This document shows, in pieces, positions 10,839-22,219 of a stretch of DNA of 64,000 bases; the first letter of the stretch is position 1; each line of letters opens with the position of its first letter. Source of the stretch: Anthoceros angustus (lineage: Eukaryota; Plantae; Anthocerotophyta); the NCBI GenBank assembly GCA_010909165.1, contig VJWM01000134.1, forward strand, positions 661,812 to 725,811, given 5' to 3'. A program made the translations under genes and the position numbers. The notes beneath the pieces are model-generated. The model was not told where the DNA came from and did no database searches. It was given only the letters and a program-made list of their open reading frames with translations.

Positions 10839-13800
10839 ATGGAATTAGGTCAAGATGGATCTACTAGCGTAAGTTTTCAGTAGAGCAGGCAAGAATGAAA
10901 ATTTGAGAGCCTCTACGATGCATCGTTTAAGGGCGGCACACAGGCCCGAGTATCCGGGAATGGCAGTCAAGCTTCGTGTTTCCGCTTCCTGAGAGAATGC
11001 CATCTGCTTACCACCACCAACGATTGCATTTCGCAGCATACTGTCTTGTTACATGCCCACTGTAGAGCTGAGCTCTTGCGTGTAGGCTGTGAGGCCTAAG
11101 GCGTGCATAAGATTTGCTAACATGAGTTTTGCTGCATTGCGCATTGCAGAAGGAGCACAAGGGTGATCGTCTCGTGGTGCTTGAAGATGGAAGAATTACC
11201 TCGGTTATGTCGCTACCACCTCGGGTGTCAGTGGAGGGCAAAGATGCAGACTTGTTGCAGGACAAATGCTGCGAGAACTCAGGCCGTGCTCAAGCGCAAG
11301 TTCATCGTGGAGAGATCACCGAGGATGTACTGCTGGACCTGGTACAGAGCCATTGATCAAGCTTCATTGTCTTATTCGCTATTTTGTATCACATCTGGTT
11401 CCAGCGATCTCTTGAGTTGATCTGTCTCCCTTGTTGTTGGTGAGCTGTGTTCAGTGCATGGAGGAGGCTTGCTGCATCCTTCCAATGGCAACTTGGGATG
11501 TGGCAACGTTCCCCCTCGTGGATCCATTTCATGGGCAAGACCATGAGCATCGGGATGGCTGTGGGCACAGCCAAGTGGTGCATGGGGATCACAATGACTG
11601 GCTGATCCCTCAAAGCGATGGCTCATTTCTCCTCAGTCATGCAGACACGACAGGTCAGTTTCATGAACATGGACGGCTGGTTAAGGTTGGTGAACTGGAA
11701 AGCATGCCCAAGCAACGCAAATCTCTCTTTACCTTAAAGAGTCCCATCAAGGATGGGTATGCACCACTTTCTCCAAAGGAGGAACCGTGGCAAGTAGTTG
11801 CAAGTACAGTGGAAAAGAATGCAGCTCAGTTTGCTGGCAGGGTTCTACGTTCTGGACGGCCGGAGGACATGGTGATAGTTGCCATGCCTGAGGATGTTAA
11901 GCCGGTTCTTGCAAAGACAGTTCTCAACGTTATGGCTATGTGCTGCCCTGCTGAGGTTCAGCTCATCAGGAAAATATTGGAGCCGTTGCCAGGAGTTGCG
12001 GACGTTTCTGTCAACTTCACCGCTAGAACAGCAACAGTGCTCCATGATGTGAATTTAATCTCTGAAGGACGAGTATGTAAGTAAGCGGCACGCAAAGACT
12101 CAACTCTAGCTAACCTTCTGAGACGTAACGCATTGTAGACTTGGTTGTTCGTTTAATGTGTTTTACATTCTGTGCACGCACGTGCAGTGAAGCTTCTCAA
12201 CCATGCAAGACTGGAAGCCAGCATAAAGCGAAGAGGAGAAGAGATCATCACTAGCAAGTGGCCTAGTCCATGGACAATGGCTTCTGGTGTCCTCTTGGCC
12301 ATCTCTTTGTTCCATTACATATTCAGTCCGTTGCGATGGGTAGCTCTTGGTTGTATAGCAATTGGCCTTCCCCCTATGCTGCTCCGGAGTATGGTTGTGC
12401 TGAGAAGCTGTCACCTGGACATCAACGTGCTCATGGCAATTTCAGGTACACATCATGTGAATTGATCTGCTCCTCTCCCTTCTCCCCTTGATAAATACGA
12501 GTGTCCACAGGACATTTGCTTAGAAGCTTTGCAATTGTGCTGCAGTGGTGGGCGCAGCAGCTTTGGAAGATTTCGTAGAAGCTGGAACAATCACCTTTCT
12601 TTTTTCCGTTGCTGGTTGGCTGGAGTTACTTTCTGGTGAAAAGGTGAGATAAGACGGTAATGCAGTTTAAAGTCAACGTCAGTCCAATCTCCCTAACAAT
12701 GTACTGAAGCGCACAGGCACGAAAGGCAATTGGTTCTATTCTGAGTCTTGCACCTCAAACTGCTGTGCTGTCGGATACTGGGCTTCAAGTGAAAGTGGAG
12801 GAAGTGAAGGTGGGGACGAGTATTGCTGTTAAAGCTGGAGAGCTCATCCCACTGGATGGGGTGGTCATATCAGGGAAGAGCTCTGTGGATGAGAGTAGTT
12901 TAACTGGTGAATCACTACCTGTAGAGAAAGAGGCAGACTCAAGTGTTTGGGCAGGAACTGTCAACCTTTCAGGTATGTTGGTCTACCAGGGTTTCCTGTC
13001 ATAACGGAGTTAATCTCTACTGCAGCTCATGCAAAGACGTGGATGCAGGGTACATAAGCATGAAAACAACAGCTCTTGCTGAGGACTCGACAGTGGCCAG
13101 AATGATTAGGCTGGTTAAAGAAGCCCAGAGTGCACGGTCTCGTACTGAACAGTATGTGAACAAATTTGCAAAGTACTTCACACCAGGTACGTTGAGTGAG
13201 ACCCAACGATCTGGTGAGAGCTTGCTGTCTAATATGCTTAGAAATGATTCTGACATACAGGTGGTTTGCAGCTGTAGTACTAGCTGCTGTGCTGGTTGCA
13301 GTAATCCCAGCAGCTATTGGTGTACAAAACATGAGGCACTGGTTTTATTTGGCTCTTGTCATTCTCGTGGCAGCCTGCCCATGTGCCTTAGTGGTTTCAA
13401 CTCCAGTAACCACCACTTGTGCTCTTGCCCGAGCTGCCAAAGCTGGGCTTGTTATCAAGGGTGGAGCTTACTTGGAGGCACTTGGAGGTATGAAGTACGT
13501 TGCCATTGACAAGACCGGAACTCTTACAGAAGGACATTTCCATGTCCTAGGTATCGAGTCAGTCGACAAGCAAGCAGATACTGATCATATCTTGTACTGG
13601 TGAGTTGTTTAATCACATGGCAGCCTGCTTGTAGACCTGCAAAGGTTGCAGATCAGATTTTGTTCTTAGAGTTGAAGTTTTTGGTTTTTTTTTTAGGATG
13701 GCCTCTGTTGAGAACAAGGCGAGCCATCCAATGGCAGCAGCAATTGTGGCTCATGCTCGGATGCATAAAGTACAAATCTCCGATGATGTAGTCGATTTTC

Positions 13801-15944
13801 AACTTTTGGAAGGAGAAGGAGTATCTGCTGTAGTTGATGGTCGCCTTGTAAGCATCGGAAATGCACGGCTAGCATCTCGATTTGGCTGGCTTGAAGGTAA
13901 AACCTGTGGGTCAGAGCACGCATACGAGCAGGTTCATGCGAGACGGTAGCAGGGCCATGCTAACACGACATTTCACTATCTAAGGGCCTTTCTATTTCCG
14001 TGTTGCAGATACCCTGGCTGTGCCCATCTTGGATGAGTGGAAAAAAGAAGAGGCAACAATAGGCTGGATAGGTGTTGACGAAAAGTTGGTAGGTTTATTT
14101 TGTGTGGGTGATGAAGTAAGACCGGAGGCCGCAGAAGCAGTTTCAGATCTGAAGGTGCGTTGTAGCAGTTGGTGCAGTTGCTTATGTCGGAACTTGCAGG
14201 TGTTTGCTGATGAGCTCTGTATATGGTTCGCAGAAAGCAGGCATTTCAGTGGCAATACTGACTGGTGACAGTGAAGCAGCTGCCCAAGCAGTTCGTAAAA
14301 AGGTGAGAATCTTTCTAGACAGTACATGTTTGTCCTGTAAGTTGAGTCATCGACTTAAAGTGGTGTGAGGCACTGACCTGATGTGTAATGCAGATAGGTG
14401 AAGTGGATGTCCATGCGCAGCTGCTACCTGGCGACAAAGTCAGACTGGTGAAAGAGATGATGACCAAGGGAATGACAGGAATGATTGGGGATGGCATCAA
14501 TGACGCTCCGGCACTGGCAACTGCCGATATTGGAATTGCAATGGGAGTTGCTGGCTCCGCGGTTGCTATGGAAACTGCACATGTATCATTGATGACAAAT
14601 GACCTGACGAAGGTAGCAGGGGCGGTACTCCTGGGACAGGCGTGTCGGAGGAAGATACAGCTGAACATCTTCCTGGCACTCTTCACGAAGGCAGTCGTTT
14701 TGGGGCTAGCTCTTGGTGGATATGCTGCTCTTTGGGCTGCGGTAGTTGCAGACGTCGGTACTTGCCTTTTGGTGACGTTTAACAGCATGCGGTTGTTGAA
14801 GTGGAACAAATTTCAACGGCGGGAGTTAGGTGAGGACGACAAAGTGGGGGCACGAAGGATGATGAATTTTTTCCAAAAGGCCAAGTCACAGAGACTCGGT
14901 GCCAACTGCAATGAGGCATGCTGTACTCCAGGTCTGGAGAGGGGTTCCGATGAGCGGTTGCCGTGCTGCACTTATGACGAAGAATTGGGCACAGTGGTTT
15001 GTCAGCCTTCAGGCCCGTCTGGTGACACCATGAGGAGAAGGATTGGCGTCAAGGAGGCATGCGCAAGCAGCAAACATTTGCTACCAATTTCCTCCTTGGG
15101 AGCCGAGAGGGTCAAGACCACATGTTGCAGTGAAAGCTTTGCAGCTGCCACCCCGTTGGAAGCAAATGTCAGTGCCTGTTCAAAGCAGTGCTGTGGGTCT
15201 GCTTCCGCTGCTCCGGTGCCAGTGCCGGTACTAAAGCCAGCGACATGTGCCAAGAAATGCTGCGCAGAGCAGAAACCTGTCGGTGACACTGCAACTCCAG
15301 TCCCTCAAACTGAGAAGGCTTGTTCCAAGGGATGCTGCGGGGGGAAGAAACCAGCTCCAGTGGCAGAGGGTGCCAACCATTGCTCAGCAAACGTCAGTGC
15401 CTGTTCGAAGCAATGCTGTGGGCCTGCTTCCGCTCCACCGACGCCAGTGCCGGTACTAAAATCAGCGGCATGTGTCAAGAAATGCTGCGCAGAGCACAAG
15501 CCTGTCGGCGACACTGCACCACCCCCAGTCCCTCAAACTGAGAAGCCTTGTTCCAAGGCATGCTGCGGGGAGAAGAAACCATCTCCGGTGGCAGAGTGTA
15601 CCGACACTCGTTCGAAAAAATGCTGTGCGGGGAATCCCTTTCTGGTGGCAGACAGTGGCAAGGCTTGTGCTAAACAGTGCTGTGAGGAGAAGAAGCCCGT
15701 GGAGGTGGCCACTGCGTGTCCGGCTAAACATCCTGGAACAAAGCTGGTGGAAGATGGCAAGGTCACTAAGACGTGCTGTGGGCACAAGAAGCCTGTTTTG
15801 GTGGCAGAGAATGTTAAGTCCTGCTGCGATGAAGAAAAGCCCGTTGTGGTGGCCACTGCTTGTCATACGAAACAGTGTGGAACAGAGACGGTGGAAGGTG
15901 GGCAGAAGAAATGCTGTGGGCACAAGAAGCATATCTTGCACTGA
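10839..15944 (+). CDS. HMA2: P1B-2 heavy-metal (Zn/Cd) P-type ATPase, HMA2/3/4 clade, 12 exons
   Basis: Phase-consistent GT-AG exons: 10839-10868, 11150-11341, 11455-12076, 12188-12445, 12546-12643, 12717-12972, 13049-13186, 13272-13599, 13697-13896, 14009-14154, 14234-14302, 14394-15944. Motifs [28 protein letters not shown]. The first two exons are less certain; the symbol denotes the clade, not strict orthology. Confidence 0.95.
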
Positions 15945-16235
15945 GTGTTAAAGACCTGCTGTGAGGAGATGAAGCCTGTTGCGGTGGCAAACGATGCCAA
16001 TTAGAAGGGATGTACGGCAGGACAAATGTACATCGTGAATGCTTTGTGAGGCTACCTTAGGTAGGTGTTGTAAAGCCTTTCCTCCGTTCTCGCTGGAACT
16101 AGGCATACGTACCGTACCTAGGTAGGTACCCAATAAGGCCTGTATCAGAATCGCTATAAATCCTAACAAGGCTTGTATTTCGAAGCCCGAATGACCTAAG
16201 CAAAGACAGTGAGAAGGCCACACTGGTGTGTTGCG

Positions 16236-16985
16236 ATGGCGCGTTATGACAGAGCGATCACGGTATTTTCTCCAGATGGCCATCTCTTCCAGGTGGAGTA
16301 CGCACTGGAGGCAGTGCGGAAGGGAAACGCGGCTGTGGGAGTGCAGGGGCACTGATAATATTGTTCTAGGAGTGGAGAAGAAGTCCACGGCCAAGCTGCA
16401 GGATGCCAGGTCTTGGTTGCTTGTGGCATCGGTTTCGTGGCTTACGTTGCGAATGGTGGTCTTTTGAGGGCTACCTTGGAGCGTTGTTGAGCTGAGCTGA
16501 CGTGATTTGCAGGGCAAGAGCGTGCACACAAGAGCTGGTCACTCATGACCTAATTGTTTGTGGTTTTCAGGACTGTGCGGAAAATTCTGAGACTGGACGA
16601 GCATATTTCACTGGCTTTTGCCGGATTGACAGCAGACGCTCGTGTTCTGGTAAATAGGGCTCGTGTTGAGTGCCAAAGCCACAGACTGACAGTTGAAGAC
16701 CCGGTGACAGTGGAGTATATCACTCGCTTCATCGCAGGTTTGCAGCAGAAGTACACTCAGAGTGGAGGTGTGCGGCCGTTTGGAATTTCCACCTTGATCG
16801 TTGGATTCGACCCGTATACCAAAGTGCCTTCCCTCTACCAGACAGATCCGTCTGGGACTTTTTCTGCATGGAAGGCTAATGCTACGGGCAGAAACTCCAA
16901 CTCGGTGCGGGAATTTCTGGAGAAGAACTACACCGAGACATCAGGGGCGGAAACTGTGAAACTGGCTGTTCGAGCTCTTCTCGAG
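16236..16985 (+). pseudogene. PAD1: 20S proteasome alpha-4 subunit, copy 1: exons 1-2 only
   Basis: [23 protein letters not shown]; exons 16236-16409 and 16571-16985. An extra A at 16345 shifts the frame, and exon 3 is cut off by the duplication junction. Confidence 0.88.
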
Positions 16986-17029
16986 GTATGTAGGGGAAGT
17001 TTGGAGGAGTAACGTGTCCGTAAGTCTTC

Positions 17030-17508
17030 GTACTAAAATCAGCGGCATGTGTCAAGAAATGCTGCGAGCACAAGCCTGTCGGCGACACTGCACCACCCCA
17101 GTCCCTCAAACTGAGAAGCCTTGTTCCAAGGCATGCTGCGGGAGAAGATCTCCGGTGGCAGAGTGTACCGACACTGTTCGAAAAAATGCTGTGGGGAATC
17201 CCTTTCTGGTGGCAGACAGTGGCAAGGCTTGTGCTAAACAGTGCTGTGAGGAGAAGAAGCCCGTGGAGGTGGCCACTGCGTGTCCGGCTAAACATCCTGG
17301 AACAAAGCTGGTGGAAGATGGCAAGGTCACTAAGACGTGCTGTGGGCACAAGAAGCCTGTTTTGGTGGCAGAGAATGTTAAGTCCTGCTGCGATGAAGAA
17401 AAGCCCGTTGTGGTGGCCACTGCTTGTCATACGAAACAGTGTGGAACAGAGACGGTGGAAGGTGGGCAGAAGAAATGCTGTGGGCACAAGAAGCATATCT
17501 TGCACTGA
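17030..17508 (+). pseudogene. Duplicated fragment of the HMA Cys-rich tail
   Basis: Near-identical to 15453-15944 apart from several 1-5 nt deletions. Confidence 0.9.
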
Positions 17509-17795
17509 GTGTTAAAGACCTGCTGTGAGGAGATGAAGCCTGTTGCGGTGGCAAACGATGCCAATTAGAAGGGATGTACGGCAGGACAAATGTACATCGT
17601 GAATGCTGTGAGGCTACCTTAGGTAGGTGTTGTAAAGCCTTTCCTCCGTTCTCGCTGGAACTAGGCATACGTACCGTACCTAGGTAGGTACCCAATAAGG
17701 CCTGTATCAGAATCGCTATAAATCCTAACAAGGCTTGTATTTCAGCCCGAATGACCTAAGCAAAGACAGTGAGAAGGCCACACTGGTGTGTTGCG

Positions 17796-18774
17796 ATGGC
17801 GCGTTATGACAGAGCGATCACGGTATTTTCTCCAGATGGCCATCTCTTCCAGGTGGAGTACGCACTGGAGGCAGTGCGGAAGGGAAACGCGGCTGTGGGA
17901 GTGCGGGGCACTGATAATATTGTTCTAGGAGTGGAGAAGAAGTCCACGGCCAAGCTGCAGGATGCCAGGTCTTGGTTGCTTGTGGCATCGGTTTCGTGGC
18001 TTACGTTGCGAATGGTGGTCTTTTGAGGGCTACCTTGGAGCGTTGTTGAGCTGAGCTGACGTGATTTGCAGGGCAAGAGCGTGCACACAAGAGCTGGTCA
18101 CTCATGACCTAATTGTTTGTGGTTTTCAGGACTGTGCGGAAAATTCTGAGACTGGACGAGCATATTTCACTGGCTTTTGCCGGATTGACAGCAGACGCTC
18201 GTGTTCTGGTAAATAGGGCTCGTGTTGAGTGCCAAAGCCACAGACTGACAGTTGAAGACCCGGTGACAGTGGAGTATATCACTCGCTTCATCGCAGGTTT
18301 GCAGCAGAAGTACACTCAGAGTGGAGGTGTGCGGCCGTTTGGAATTTCCACCTTGATCGTTGGATTCGACCCGTATACCAAAGTGCCTTCCCTCTGACAG
18401 ATCCGTCTGGGACTTTTCTGCATGGAAGGCTAATGCTACGGGCAGAAACTCCAACTCGGTGCGGGAATTTCTGGAGAAGAACTACACCGAGACATCAGGG
18501 GCGGAAACTGTGAAACTGGCTGTTCGAGCTCTTCTCGAGGTATGTAGGGGAAGTTTGGAGGAGTAACGTGTCCGTAAGTCTTCATGCTAAAACCGTTATG
18601 CGCTCTACCCAGGTTGTGGAAAGCGGCGGAAAGAACATAGAGATTGCCGTGATGACCAAGGAGACAGGTTTGCGGCTGCTTGAAGAGTCTGAGATCGAAG
18701 AGATAGTCGCTGGCATAGAGGCAGAGAAAGCAGCTGCCGAGGCTGCCAAGAAGGGTCCACCAAGAGACACTTAA
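17796..18774 (+). CDS. PAD1: 20S proteasome alpha-4 subunit (PSMA7-type), copy 2, 3 exons
   Basis: Exons 17796-17968, 18130-18539, 18613-18774; ends [19 protein letters not shown]. Lacks ACCA after 18395 relative to copy 1, giving a frameshift that may be an assembly error. Confidence 0.92.
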
Positions 18775-19029
18775 GACCTTTCTTGCCCCTCAGGCGTATC
18801 ACACAAGCCCAAGGCCGGAGTTGGAGCTTCCTTGCTCCATTTTCATATCTAGACTTCTCGATTGCCCCCTCCATGCAACCAAGACGTCTACTCGCGTCCG
18901 TTTACCGTCCAACTCCATAATTTCTTTCCTAGTCAGGCCATTCCATAGCCAGCGGTACAATGTTAACATTAACCTGCATCAATCTGCTGGTAAATGAACT
19001 TGTTCATATTTGGCGGTCCAGGTTCCCGA

Positions 19030-19843
19030 TTAGCGATCAGCACATATGTGTATGCACAAATGACATACATATGACATGTATGTACATACATATGTGCATC
19101 CAGGGATGAGTTGACCTCGTGCGGCCGTGCCGCGTTGGAAAAGAGTGCAATAGCGCACATGTTTTGTGTGCGGTAGACAAGGCCAGCGGAACACGGAAGA
19201 TAATTGACCACATGACCACATGCGAAATAAAGCGCCTCGCAGCCGCCTCGTGAAGCTCGTTGTCGTTGTTGTCGGCCAGCAGGAAAACGTTGTTGGAGGC
19301 GCCGAGTCCCCCATTGCCGCGTCCCAGAGGGCAGAGCCGAGTGCTGAGCCCGTCGCTGCTGTCGCTGCTGTCGCTGCTCTTTGCTCTTTGCTCTCATCAG
19401 CTCTTTGTTTCCCAAGCCTGTCAGTGTGGTGCAGGCCGGGCCGGCGTCGCTCTGCACAGGTATCGCGGCAGCTGCTGGAGACTTGGGATGCGAGCTCGGA
19501 AATTCTGCACCAGATTGGGACGGAGTCGGAGTCGGAGTCGGAGGCGGTGCAATGCAAAGAAGCGTTCAGAGGAATCGAGCTCTCTTGCACTTGCGAGATT
19601 TTTGAGGCGATTGCTCCAACTCTCCAGTCCCTCGACTCGGTTCGTACCTGTGGAGGAGTCGGCGACCGCCAGCTTTGTCACTGCCAGCCTCTTCGCATTC
19701 TGCTCCAGGCATACAACGGAGCTAGTTCGAGGATTCCTTTTGAGAGGCGGGGAACCGGGAAGTGGAGACTCTGAGGAGAAGCGGAATTGCCAGGAGCTGG
19801 ATTTGACCAGTACAACGAGTGCTCCAGCTGCCTTCGGTTGCAA
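19030..19843 (-). CDS. Possible unidentified gene convergent with PAD1
   Basis: Overlapping minus-strand ORFs with codon-like simple repeats (SDSDSD, TAATAAT, TTTTT) and candidate splice sites. No family recognised. Confidence 0.25.
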
Positions 19844-19988
19844 GAAGTTTCACATTGCTGTGCTGTCAGAGCTCTGACTTGTTTGCGAGTATGTCCATCG
19901 ATGTCACCTCCAGTCGGCTTTAGCGGTGCAGATCAGGTGAGAACCGTCGAGTCGGGATGGTTTGATTGCGTGACTGAGAGTAAGCCCT

Positions 19989-20360
19989 GGTGAAGTTGCG
20001 AATTCGTCCGCTTGTCGTTTAGGTTACAAGTTTGAGCAGGACGATGCAGTAGACTTGAAATTGCAGCCACAGCACGATTGTGAGCCGAGCCTCCTGGCCC
20101 GCAGTGTCTGTCTTTGCTCAGCCTTACCGCTGGCTGAAATTTGAAGATCCACCTGAGCCTGCCGCGTTTGACGACAGCGCTTTAGTTTTGGTGCAAAGTC
20201 TGGTTGAAGTTGCAAGATCCAGCTGCGCATCGTCACCGCGGTGTCCGTCAAGTTGCTTTAGCTCACTCAGTGCGGCTGAAATTTCAACATCCAGCTTCAG
20301 ACGCATGCGTGCCGCTGCAGTGCCCGTATGGAGTCGCAGGCTGAAATTTCAAGATCCAGC
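19989..20360. repeat. Degenerate ~70-bp-period array with core GCTGAAATTTCAAGATCCAGC
   Basis: Core copies at 20133, 20203, 20275 and 20340; weaker copies near 19989 and 20054. Confidence 0.7.
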
Positions 20361-20573
20361 TGTCAGTCTCAGTGTGGACTCATGCCTCTCCATTTGCTTG
20401 TGCGCAGTGTCATGTGACAGGCTTCGGGGCCTACAGGCAGGAGAGCTGATGAGAATCGGGACTCCGCCGCTCCGACTCGTTGTTCAAGGATTCAACACAG
20501 ATTAGAGCTTTCTTTCCTCCATTGCACTTGGAGGTGCAGGCACCAGGACTGCTTCCAGCACAGAGCGCGTGAC

Positions 20574-21352
20574 ATGGCTTCCGGAATATCAAGAACGCGT
20601 TCAACGGACTCAGACGCGGCAGCACCGCATGAGACCATGCAGGCCGAGTATATTGCGGATTCCAGTGCAGCAATGATCCGCTCAAGTTCCACCAGCGCTA
20701 CCGCACGGCCTTATTCTGCGTGGACGGAAGTCGCGGGAACACAGTTCGTGTGCAGTCAGGGCAGAACAGCCTCGCAGGTGTCCGCAATCGGCAGCCGGAG
20801 GACGGCATTCCAGAAATGGCCAGGGAGGAGCCCGGGCTTCACCAGCGGGAAACCGAATCACTGGCTGCTGCGGAGATGCTTGAGCAGCCTCTCGGAGTGT
20901 CAGGCAACGGCAACGGCAACGGCAGCCGCCGCCGAGGCCAGGCTACAGGGCCGCTATTCTGACGACCAGTCGCGCAGATGCAGCATTCATCACATTCAGG
21001 CTGAGCGGAGGAGGAGGAAGTTACAGAACGACAGCATTGCGGAGCTCCGACGCTTGCTTCCTAAGACGAACAAGGTTCTTTCTCGTCTCCCTCGCAAGCT
21101 GGTGTGTGTTGATCTGGCCCTAATCCGCTACACTATCGTCTCATTTGTTCGTCGATTTGTGAAATTGTGTGGATGCAGAAGGACAAAGCGTTCGTCCTGC
21201 GCCACACGATCGACTATATGAACACCCTGCTTTCCCAGAACCGGCAGCTCGAGGAGTGCAGTCGTCAGCTTGGGGAAAAAATTCGTCAGCAGGACGAGGA
21301 ACTTTCCCGGCTCAGGGCCAACGCCTCCGCTCGGAGCGTGCAGGAAGCCTAA
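20574..21352 (+). CDS. bHLH(-zipper) transcription factor, 2 exons
   Basis: Exons 20574-21074 and 21179-21352 give HIQAERRRRKLQNDSIAELRRLLPKTNK|KDKAFVLRHTIDYMNTLLSQNRQLEECSRQL. The true 5' end may lie further upstream. Confidence 0.85.
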
Positions 21353-21460
21353 ACTCACTGGCCGCACGTTTTCGGCATTGTCCGAGGCGCAAGTTCGGAG
21401 GCAATACCTAATATCTCAACGTGAGGTAATTCGGACGCTCGTTTTCCTTATGCTTGGAAT

Positions 21461-21580
21461 GGGTTAGGCAGGGGTTCCCACAGGCTAAGCAGGGTTAAGT
21501 AGGGGGTTCTACAGGCTAAGCAGGGGTTACGTAGGGGGGTGCAACAGGTTAAGCGGTTGAGGCGTTAGTTTAGGGTTAGA
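21461..21580 (+). repeat. G-rich ~31-33-bp degenerate minisatellite with telomere-like words
   Basis: CAGG(C/T)TAAGC at 21481, 21512 and 21545, with GGG/GGGG runs between them; ends TTTAGGGTTAG. Confidence 0.6.
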
Positions 21581-21880
21581 TACTGGGACCGGGGACAGGT
21601 GAAGTGGGCGTATTTCACGTTGAAAACAGGACTGACAGGGTGACGACGGAGGCCGGCCTAGTTTGTCGTGTTGTAGGAGCGGAGCGCCTTCTCTGTCTCC
21701 TGCAGCCTGCTCCCAAACCGGCTTTGCTGCTATACAAGGATGGGTCTTCCAGTCCGATCTTCAGGCTTCTCCTGTCTGGCTCTCACAACCTTGGGGCAGC
21801 AGCCAGCCGCCAGCAGCCTCTACTGTGGACGTGCACTTGTGTGCCGAGGTGACTACCTCGAGGCTAAGGCTGGAAGTGCA

Positions 21881-21910
21881 GAGGAGGAGGAGGAGGAGGA
21901 GGAGGAGGAG
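21881..21910 (+). repeat. (GAG)10 microsatellite
   Basis: Read directly from the sequence. Confidence 0.95.
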
Positions 21911-22219
21911 GGGGATCCAGAGGAGCTGCAATTGTGGGAATGAGGTTTGGTCCGACCGAGAGGAGACATTGCAGGCTCTGCTATCCTGCTCGACTGAAGA
22001 GCGGCGCAGCTTGGAAATTCAGAGCCGCAGCTAGCTGTGGCCAATTTGGCTTAGAGGGAGTCCGTGTAGGAGCTGATACAGGGGCTGTGGTAGTGTAACA
22101 TCAGTGCTTCGGGAACATTGCTTGCTGGAGACCGTCGTGCCCAGGTTGAAGGCAGGTGCAGGTGTGGTCGACCCCCTGCCTGAGGAAGGATTTTGGAACA
22201 TTGTGGGGATATATCCCGG

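Larger units (their letters stand above)
15453..18583. repeat. Direct tandem duplication: 15453-17029 and 17030-18583
   Basis: GTACTAAAATCAGCGGCATGTGTCAAG at 15453 and 17030. Both copies run through the HMA tail, the intergenic region and PAD1 exons 1-2 to GTAAGTCTTC. Confidence 0.95.

Noticed and set aside
15942-15944. Selenocysteine recoding of the HMA UGA
   Set aside because: Land plants lack the Sec insertion machinery, and the position does not align with a Cys of the repeat.
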